DNA of 64,000 nt. Origin: Candidatus Saccharimonadales bacterium (GTDB taxonomy: Bacteria; Patescibacteriota; Saccharimonadia; Saccharimonadales; JAXHNE01). Positions 17,941 through 24,609 of this stretch are shown here, piece after piece; the first letter of the stretch is position 1, and each line of letters opens with the position of its first letter. The position numbers and the translations under genes were made by a program. The notes under the pieces are model-generated. The model saw only the letters and a program-made list of their open reading frames with translations. It was not told where the DNA came from and searched no databases. The stretch lies in the NCBI GenBank assembly GCA_041600755.1, contig JBFIJL010000002.1, positions 16,850-80,849 on the forward strand. Reading direction: 5' to 3'.

Positions 17941-18074
17941 ATAGGTTTAAAGACAACTGTTGGTGCATTGGCAGTATGGTCTGGTAAAAAATTCTTTGAT
18001 GCAGAGGAAGTTAGAGCCGAGAGCTCAAACGCACGCTATGATATGTATCTGTGGGATAAAAAGGCCGATTGATA

Positions 18075-18368
18075 ATGGAACTAGTTGAACTCACAAATTT
18101 TAAAAGCTCATATCAGCAAGAAGTAGAACAATGGCGTTCTCCTCATCCTAGAGTTGTACTTGATACTGCAGGTAAGTCATTCCGTCGCGGAGCAGCCGTT
18201 ACGGCTTGCTTAGGGACTTTTATCATGATCGATACGCTGTTTACACAGGATGTGCCCGGAATTGCTGCTGGTGGAGTTGCTTATATGTGTACCAGCGCAG
18301 GCGCCGTAGCTTTGTATTCTGCTAGTGAATTCTTTTTTGATTTACCGGCCGCAGATGACGTAGCTTAG
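18075..18368 (+). CDS. Hypothetical two-TM membrane protein (97 aa)
   Basis: ATG lies 2 nt after the upstream TGA (18070-18072). Hydrophobic hairpin: AAVTACLGTFIMIDTLF...GIAAGGVAYMCTSAGAVALY. Confidence 0.5.
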   Translation: MELVELTNFKSSYQQEVEQWRSPHPRVVLDTAGKSFRRGAAVTACLGTFIMIDTLFTQDVPGIAAGGVAYMCTSAGAVALYSASEFFFDLPAADDVA

Positions 18369-18456
18369 CATATCTTCGGCTTCATTAGTTTTTAACAATT
18401 AAACAACATACTACTATGTAGTATGAACACACAGTGTAGCAGTAACTACAAAGTAC

Positions 18457-18465
18457 TGATATAAT
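18457..18465 (+). promoter_or_regulatory. Extended -10 promoter element, 7 nt upstream of the 591-aa ORF
   Basis: TGaTATAAT at 18457-18465, ATG at 18473, and no Shine-Dalgarno sequence between them. Confidence 0.45.
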
Positions 18466-18472
18466 ATACATT

Positions 18473-20248
18473 ATGAATCCTTTCGAAAATGAAGTAAAAG
18501 TGCCCCCATATTTGATAGAAAGAGCTGAGCGACGACGAGCATTACTTTCAGAGGCAACTGCCAATGAGGAGCAAGACCCTAAGAACACGTTGCACGCAAC
18601 GCTAGCCCTTAGTCGTGAGATGGCTACTAATGGCGTGTGCTCTATGCTTACGCTCGAAGCAATTAATGATGTTCATCAGAATGCAACCGGCAAAACAGAA
18701 AAACTGGCAGTAACCACGCTGGATACAGGTGTCTCCGAAATTGTAAATGCACAAGCGTTTGAACCGACAGCCCGAATTAAAGATGGGTGGGTCGAAGGTG
18801 TCTTGGTTGCAAATCACATTGACGAAGCAACTTCGCAGTTGTTTTTTAAGTTTGACTATGGAAGTAAAGCAATACTCCTTTGGCAGTTAACAGAGAATGA
18901 CCCAAAAACAGGTAGATGCAGTGAAAGTTGGTTTTTGCCGGCGTCACAATCTCACGAAATTGACTACAGCTTAGTAATGACCCCAATGGACGAAGCACGA
19001 CCTGCTTCAGCTGAAGAATTGGTTAGTGAAAAGCCAATGACAAACGCTGTTGTTCTAAAGCAGCTTATAGAATGTCTCAACGGTCGAAACAATAACTTAG
19101 GCGAGCTTATTAAACTAAAAGAGTTACTTGGCGAAACAAAGAACATCATACAACCTGAACTACACACATACTCAGAGGTTGACGATCCTCTTGTGCGGCA
19201 TCTGGGTAAAATCTCTGGATTGGCGGCACTGGCGGAAACTGCCGTTACTAAATCCCATAAGTTTAATGACGAAACTTCAATTTCATTAGAGTTTAGTCCC
19301 GAGGGAAGGGTGGATGTTTCGGCTACGCATCATGACCTTGGCAAAAATGGGTTAAGCACTTCTATGGGTAGTATCGTGCTAAGAGGGCAGCAATTGCTGG
19401 GAGAGTACGGTGGAGTCGAAGCACCAGAGCCAATAGAGCTTGCAAGGGCAGCGCTTGAAATTCCAGAAATTATTGTAGATGAGCAGCTTCAGCAGTTAAT
19501 TCAAGAGGAAATAAGGGATGGGGAAGAATTAGAAATTGTTGATTTTAATATTATAAAACACATTCGCGAATATCGCCGTCGCTTGAATGGCTGGACGATG
19601 CAGGATAGTACAAATTCTGCTGAATATAACGAAGCAGGTGCATATAGACCAGGTGATCCAATTATTGATATAGGGTCGGTTGACTTCCGGTCTTTAAGAT
19701 ATGGAGGGAGAGAGGAAGTTTTTCAAAATGCAATGGGCTTGAAGGCAGAGGTGTATTTAGGGAGATATAATCAAGTCTTCACAGGCGCTTCATACCTATA
19801 TGAATGCACAGTGATTGGCGGTGCTGAAGCATTCTATAATTCCAGATACATTCTCAGAAGTTGTCATAAGCCATCTCAAGCTTCCTTGTTCTCAGGAAGC
19901 TTTCAAAGCGCAAACTACATATCTGAGTGCATAGTTGATGGTGCGACAAGTGCATTTAATAACGCAAAACAAGTAGTAGATTCTCTTGCGGTTGATTGCA
20001 GCAGCGCATTTAGCGAAGCATCAACAACCCGTTGTGTTGCAATTGGATGCCGAAATTCCTTTTATGAGGCCAATGTAGATGAATGCACAGTGTATGACCC
20101 ACGCTTAATTGGCACAAATTTCATGACACACCTATGGAGTGATACGGGCATACCCTCGCTTGGTAGGGGCAGGTTGATTAAAAATCGGCTTACAGGCACG
20201 TATAACAACTACAGACGCAAAAAACAGGCGGCCAACAGTCGACAATAA
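18473..20248 (+). CDS. Hypothetical 591-aa protein with C-terminal Cys-containing repeats
   Basis: Long ORF with no signal peptide or TM segment. Residues ~417-542 form six or seven ~17-22-aa units of the form F-x2-A-x4-6-C-x-[VI]-x-G-x3-A. Confidence 0.7.
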   Translation: MNPFENEVKVPPYLIERAERRRALLSEATANEEQDPKNTLHATLALSREMATNGVCSMLTLEAINDVHQNATGKTEKLAVTTLDTGVSEIVNAQAFEPTARIKDGWVEGVLVANHIDEATSQLFFKFDYGSKAILLWQLTENDPKTGRCSESWFLPASQSHEIDYSLVMTPMDEARPASAEELVSEKPMTNAVVLKQLIECLNGRNNNLGELIKLKELLGETKNIIQPELHTYSEVDDPLVRHLGKISGLAALAETAVTKSHKFNDETSISLEFSPEGRVDVSATHHDLGKNGLSTSMGSIVLRGQQLLGEYGGVEAPEPIELARAALEIPEIIVDEQLQQLIQEEIRDGEELEIVDFNIIKHIREYRRRLNGWTMQDSTNSAEYNEAGAYRPGDPIIDIGSVDFRSLRYGGREEVFQNAMGLKAEVYLGRYNQVFTGASYLYECTVIGGAEAFYNSRYILRSCHKPSQASLFSGSFQSANYISECIVDGATSAFNNAKQVVDSLAVDCSSAFSEASTTRCVAIGCRNSFYEANVDECTVYDPRLIGTNFMTHLWSDTGIPSLGRGRLIKNRLTGTYNNYRRKKQAANSRQ

Positions 20249-20333
20249 GTAGTTTTTGTAGTACAATCTACAAGTTACGCACAAGATCACATGCTTCAGT
20301 GATTACAATGCAAATTTTAGGAGAATAAACACT

Positions 20334-20762
20334 ATGGCAAAGACTATTAAAGCCAATTTAAAGATGAAAATTCCAGCTGGTAAAGCTAGTGCAGGCCCAC
20401 CGGTTGGTAGCACACTTGGTCAGTATGGTGTAAACATGATGGATTTCGTTACACCATTCAACGATCGAACACGTGACATGGGTAATGTAACTGTCACTGC
20501 ACACATCACTATCTTTGATGACCGCAGCATGGACTTCCGTGTTGTTGGTGAGCCAACAGACGACAAGATCCGTCGAGTTCTTGGCATCAAAAAAGGTTCA
20601 GGTCGCCCAAATACGGAAAAGCTTGACCAGAAGCTAACTGATGCACAGCTCACAGAAATTGCTACTGAAAAAGCAGCAGACATGAACGCTGACGACGTTG
20701 AAGCAATTAAAAAGATGGTTGCTGGAACAGCTCGTTCAATGGGAATCGTAGTCGAAGGCTAA
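20334..20762 (+). CDS. rplK: 50S ribosomal protein L11
   Basis: IPAGKASAGPPVGSTLGQYGVNMMDFVTPFN is typical L11. An AGGAG RBS is present. Confidence 0.95.
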   Translation: MAKTIKANLKMKIPAGKASAGPPVGSTLGQYGVNMMDFVTPFNDRTRDMGNVTVTAHITIFDDRSMDFRVVGEPTDDKIRRVLGIKKGSGRPNTEKLDQKLTDAQLTEIATEKAADMNADDVEAIKKMVAGTARSMGIVVEG

Positions 20763-20764
20763 TC

Positions 20765-21040
20765 ATGTCCTCAGTAGAAACTGATATCATGATTGCCGCC
20801 AATGAAGGCATGAATAAATTGCGACATGTTGAGCCTGCAAGGATTGCAGTAAACTCTTTTTTAAGATATCAAGAAGAGCTTTATGAAGCTCAGCAAAAGA
20901 CCCATGCTGCAAGAGATAGAATGCAATCAGCGCTAGTGGGATTGAACAATCCTGTGCTCGCAAATAAGCTTCTACAGGATGCTGGAATTTTTGATTTCAA
21001 CAATGGTCATGGGATTTATGTTGGAGATGATCAAGAGTAA
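20765..21040 (+). CDS. Hypothetical protein (91 aa) between rplK and rplA
   Basis: ORF starts 2 nt after the rplK stop. No recognisable motif. Confidence 0.5.
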   Translation: MSSVETDIMIAANEGMNKLRHVEPARIAVNSFLRYQEELYEAQQKTHAARDRMQSALVGLNNPVLANKLLQDAGIFDFNNGHGIYVGDDQE

Positions 21041-21087
21041 TTAATTAACGTGTGGGAGAGGAAACTCGTTAGCACCACAAAGGAGAA

Positions 21088-22071
21088 ATGACTATGGCAA
21101 AAGCTGACGTATTAAAACAAGCACAAGACCTCGGACTTGATGTAAACGCAAAAATGACTATCGCTGATCTTCAGGCGGCGATTGACGCTGCACCAGCGGC
21201 AGACGTTGCAAAAGATGAAGCACCAGTAGCTACAGCAAAAGCTGGAAAGCGAAGTGCAAAGGGGATTAAAGAGGCCGAAGAAAAGCAAGCAAAGCTCGAG
21301 AAGCAAGCTGGAGACACAGATGATGAAGAGAGTGAAAAACCAAAAGCACCAGTTATTCCAACTCGTAGTAAGCTTGAGCGCCGCGGCAAGAAGTACAAAG
21401 AAGCTGCAAAGCTAGTTGAAGCTGATAAGCAATATGCACTAAAGGAAGCACTTGCACTCCTACCGAAGATTTCAACTGCTAGTTTTGATGCTACTGCAGA
21501 GATGCATGTCAAGCTAAACGTCGACCCAAAGCAAGCTGATCAAAATATCCGCGACACGATCGTACTGCCAGCTGGAACTGGAAACACTGTACGTGTAGCA
21601 GCATTTGTAGACACAGATGACGTAGCGGCAGCTAAAAAAGCTGGTGCAGACATCGCTGGTAGCGATGAATTCTTGCAGCAGCTCGACAAGGGTGAAGTTA
21701 ACTTTGACGTGCTTATCGCTAAGCCACAGCTTATGGGTAAGCTTGGTAAGTACGCACGCCTACTCGGACCAAAAGGACTAATGCCTAATCCAAAGAGCGG
21801 CACAGTAACAAATGACATCGAAAAAGCTATCTTAGAAGCAAAAGCTGGTCGAGTAGAGTACCGCGTTGACGAAGCTGGAATTGTCCACGTAGGATTCGGT
21901 AAGATTAGTTTTGGCAATGAGAAGTTAATGCAAAACGCGTTAGCACTCGTAAAGAGTCTACGAGGCAACAAGCCAGCAAGCATCAAGGGTGCTTTCATTG
22001 AAAGCGCATACGTCACCGCAACGATGGGGCCATCAGTTCCACTCGATGTGAACGAACTAATTGCAATGTAA
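21088..22071 (+). CDS. rplA: 50S ribosomal protein L1 with a ~95-aa N-terminal extension
   Basis: The canonical L1 core begins near GKKYKEAAKLVEADKQYALKEALALL and continues through GPKGLMPNPKSGTVT. The start may be ATG 21094. Confidence 0.9.
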   Translation: MTMAKADVLKQAQDLGLDVNAKMTIADLQAAIDAAPAADVAKDEAPVATAKAGKRSAKGIKEAEEKQAKLEKQAGDTDDEESEKPKAPVIPTRSKLERRGKKYKEAAKLVEADKQYALKEALALLPKISTASFDATAEMHVKLNVDPKQADQNIRDTIVLPAGTGNTVRVAAFVDTDDVAAAKKAGADIAGSDEFLQQLDKGEVNFDVLIAKPQLMGKLGKYARLLGPKGLMPNPKSGTVTNDIEKAILEAKAGRVEYRVDEAGIVHVGFGKISFGNEKLMQNALALVKSLRGNKPASIKGAFIESAYVTATMGPSVPLDVNELIAM

Positions 22072-22093
22072 TAGCTCGTGCTAGAATTGACCC

Positions 22094-22570
22094 ATGGGAC
22101 ACATCCATGAGCTCTATGACTTCACAACAAGCGCGTTCATCATAAATGATGGGCGCGTTTTGCTTCAACATCACAAAAAAATCAAAATGTGGCTACAGCC
22201 CGGTGGTCACGTTGAACTGGAAGAAGATCCAATCGAAGCGTTGTACCGGGAACTAGAAGAAGAGACGGGGCTGCTACCCGAAAACCTTCAGATTATTGAA
22301 TTGGTGAAAGATAAGCGTATTGAAAGCAGTGGAAGTAAGTTATTGCCAATCCCATTTGACTTTAATGTGCACTCTTTTAATAACAATCATAAGCATATCG
22401 ATCTTTGTTATTTAATGATTTCTAACACCAATGATGTGACGCTTGAAGTGGATAAAGCTCACGACATTCAGTGGTTTACGGTGGATCAAATGCGGGCATT
22501 GTTGGATGACAATCTAATTTATCAAGAGACAATTGATTTAGCAGAAATTGCGCTAAGACACGCAGCCTAA
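22094..22570 (+). CDS. NUDIX hydrolase
   Basis: Nudix box GGHVELEEDPIEALYRELEEETGL. Confidence 0.85.
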   Translation: MGHIHELYDFTTSAFIINDGRVLLQHHKKIKMWLQPGGHVELEEDPIEALYRELEEETGLLPENLQIIELVKDKRIESSGSKLLPIPFDFNVHSFNNNHKHIDLCYLMISNTNDVTLEVDKAHDIQWFTVDQMRALLDDNLIYQETIDLAEIALRHAA

Positions 22571-22588
22571 ACCTGCTACAATACGCTT

Positions 22589-23359
22589 ATGATTTTGTTA
22601 GGAATGACCGGCCCTATTAGCCATGGAAAAACCACGTTTGCTGAAGCCCTAGAAGAGCTTGAACCCAAATCTATACACCTTGAGTCAAGTCTTGTTATTG
22701 CTAGAGTTGCCAATGCTATGCATATGGCCCTCGAGCGAGTGCCAGATCCATATGACGTAGATCAGTTAAACAATTGGATTCGTTGCCTTCCAAGGATTCT
22801 GAGCGAAACTGTGCACACTGAGGCAACATTTGACCAGCTTAGACTTGATCAGGCGAGCATAGAGCGTCACCCTGTTGAGTATCAAAAACTTATAATTCAC
22901 GTTGAGCAACTCCGCAAGGACCCGAGTCTTGCTAGGCAGGCCATCACCATAGACAACAAAGAAACCTACAGACCGTTCCTGCAGTGGCTTGGTGGCTATC
23001 TAGTGCATAGAATAGAACCTGGTATTTGGTTCAACGAAATAATCCGTATGGTCTACGATGCAGAATCAACTGGCAGTAAACTGTGTATTGTTGGCGGTTT
23101 GAGATATCCTAACGATGCGGCAACTATTCGTCATGCTGGCGGACAAATTGTAAAAGTTTACCGCCCGGGGCATTTACAAAATGACATGCTAGATCCAACT
23201 GAACGCGAACGTGACAACATTCCTGTGGACTGCACCATTATGAGCAACGGCACGGTTGAGGACGTAAAGGCTTGTGCTGCACACGTTCTTGACGATATTC
23301 GCAACAATCGACTTTCAACCTTGTATCAAACCAAACGTGAAAGTGAAGTGCAGGCTTAG
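22589..23359 (+). CDS. P-loop NTPase, deoxynucleotide-monophosphate-kinase-like
   Basis: Walker A motif GMTGPISHGKTT. The later GGLRYPNDAATIRHAGGQIVKVYRP resembles dNMP-kinase family blocks. Assignment is tentative. Confidence 0.5.
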   Translation: MILLGMTGPISHGKTTFAEALEELEPKSIHLESSLVIARVANAMHMALERVPDPYDVDQLNNWIRCLPRILSETVHTEATFDQLRLDQASIERHPVEYQKLIIHVEQLRKDPSLARQAITIDNKETYRPFLQWLGGYLVHRIEPGIWFNEIIRMVYDAESTGSKLCIVGGLRYPNDAATIRHAGGQIVKVYRPGHLQNDMLDPTERERDNIPVDCTIMSNGTVEDVKACAAHVLDDIRNNRLSTLYQTKRESEVQA

Positions 23360-23362
23360 GCA

Positions 23363-23791
23363 ATGACTGCTAATCGCTCGCGCAAACAAGTTAAGTCTGC
23401 CCACAAGATTCTACCGCAATCCAGCACTGGCTGCCCTTTTTGTAATGTGCACTCATCCGGACAGGATAAGGTTCAAGAAACCAAGCACTTCTTTGTGATT
23501 AAGAATATTCTTCCCTACGACTTATGGGATCACCAAAAGATCAATGACCATCTAATGATCGTTCCGAAAGAACACACAGAACATCTGGGCTCAATTGGCT
23601 CATCTGCGGCTATAGAATATATCGAATTAATAGATAAATATGAAAAACTTGGTTACGATTTGTATGCGCGTTCACCGTTGTCCCAAATGAAATCAGTGCG
23701 ACACCAACATACCCACTTACTAAAGCCACACGGTCGAAGACGAAGATTTGTTTTCTATTTACGCAAACCTTATATACGGTTTCACTTCTAA
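23363..23791 (+). CDS. HIT-family (histidine triad) protein
   Basis: HLMIVPKEH and the histidine triad RHQHTHLL. Confidence 0.7.
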   Translation: MTANRSRKQVKSAHKILPQSSTGCPFCNVHSSGQDKVQETKHFFVIKNILPYDLWDHQKINDHLMIVPKEHTEHLGSIGSSAAIEYIELIDKYEKLGYDLYARSPLSQMKSVRHQHTHLLKPHGRRRRFVFYLRKPYIRFHF

Positions 23792-23895
23792 GCGGAAGCG
23801 TTTTAAATAATATTACAACGTTTTACGCAAAATTATACTTGCTCAATACTCGCTCCTGCCACTACACTGGTACATAGAAATGCGGAGGAGGCATC

Positions 23896-24609
23896 TTGGG
23901 AGTTTTTAGTAATATTCAAATACGTGAAGCAATCGAATCCGGACATATCGTTTGCACTCCGTTTAACCCAAAGCATATTGCTCATGCCAGTCTTGATGTA
24001 ACTCTTGGCTACTATTATTATCGAACAGGACAGGCCAAACGAGGTTACGTTTATAATCCATTCAGTGAAGCCGATACCAAACGCTATTTTGGCGAGGCTC
24101 AACAAGCAGTGTTGCATCGTGACTGGTGTGATGCAAATGGCGTGCAGTTACTCGAGAATATTCCTGCCGATCATCCCGTCATTCCTCTTCGACCTGGAGA
24201 GCGAATCTTGGCGCATACGCATGAATTCTTCGGCATTAAGCCACCGGGAGCCTACCAAGTAAAAGCTCGTTCTAGCTGGGGTCGGAATGGTGTTGCCGTG
24301 TGTTTTGATGCTGGCTGGGTTGATCCTGGATACATCAATAGACTTACTCTGGAAATCTATAACTTGAACGAGCACGAAACAGTACTAATCCCTGTTGGTG
24401 AACGGATCGCTCAGGCGGTTTTTCTTGAAACAGGTGAAGTAGAGGGAAGCTACGGCAAAGGACGCGATGGCGGATTTAGCGGTAAATATCAGCAAGGCGA
24501 TGATCTTGACGATATAATCGCCAGCTGGCGGCCGGAGGCCATGTTGCCACGTGCCTACAAAGACGGTCGGATTCTACCAAGTGAGATCCAAGGTTTAAAA
24601 GCCCGATGA
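23896..24609 (+). CDS. dcd: dCTP deaminase family protein with a C-terminal extension
   Basis: TTG start 7 nt after GGAGGAGG. IQIREAIESGHIV...ASLDVTLG and the trimeric dUTPase-like core GWVDPGY..LTLEI.N resemble Dcd. Confidence 0.8.
   Translation: MGVFSNIQIREAIESGHIVCTPFNPKHIAHASLDVTLGYYYYRTGQAKRGYVYNPFSEADTKRYFGEAQQAVLHRDWCDANGVQLLENIPADHPVIPLRPGERILAHTHEFFGIKPPGAYQVKARSSWGRNGVAVCFDAGWVDPGYINRLTLEIYNLNEHETVLIPVGERIAQAVFLETGEVEGSYGKGRDGGFSGKYQQGDDLDDIIASWRPEAMLPRAYKDGRILPSEIQGLKAR

Noticed and set aside
18407-18425. Hairpin CATACTAC-tat-GTAGTATG upstream of the 591-aa ORF as a terminator or operator
   Set aside because: It has an 8-bp stem with a 3-nt loop and no T-run. It is too small to interpret and is noted only as a possible operator.
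21041-21087. L1 autoregulatory mRNA mimic (GUGGGAGAGGAAACUCGUUAGCACCAC) upstream of rplA
   Set aside because: It is only a short stem with a GGGAG element. I cannot verify similarity to the 23S L1-binding site by eye.
21540-22016. 158-aa minus-strand ORF (also 21171..21512)
   Set aside because: It is antisense to rplA. It is a shadow ORF.
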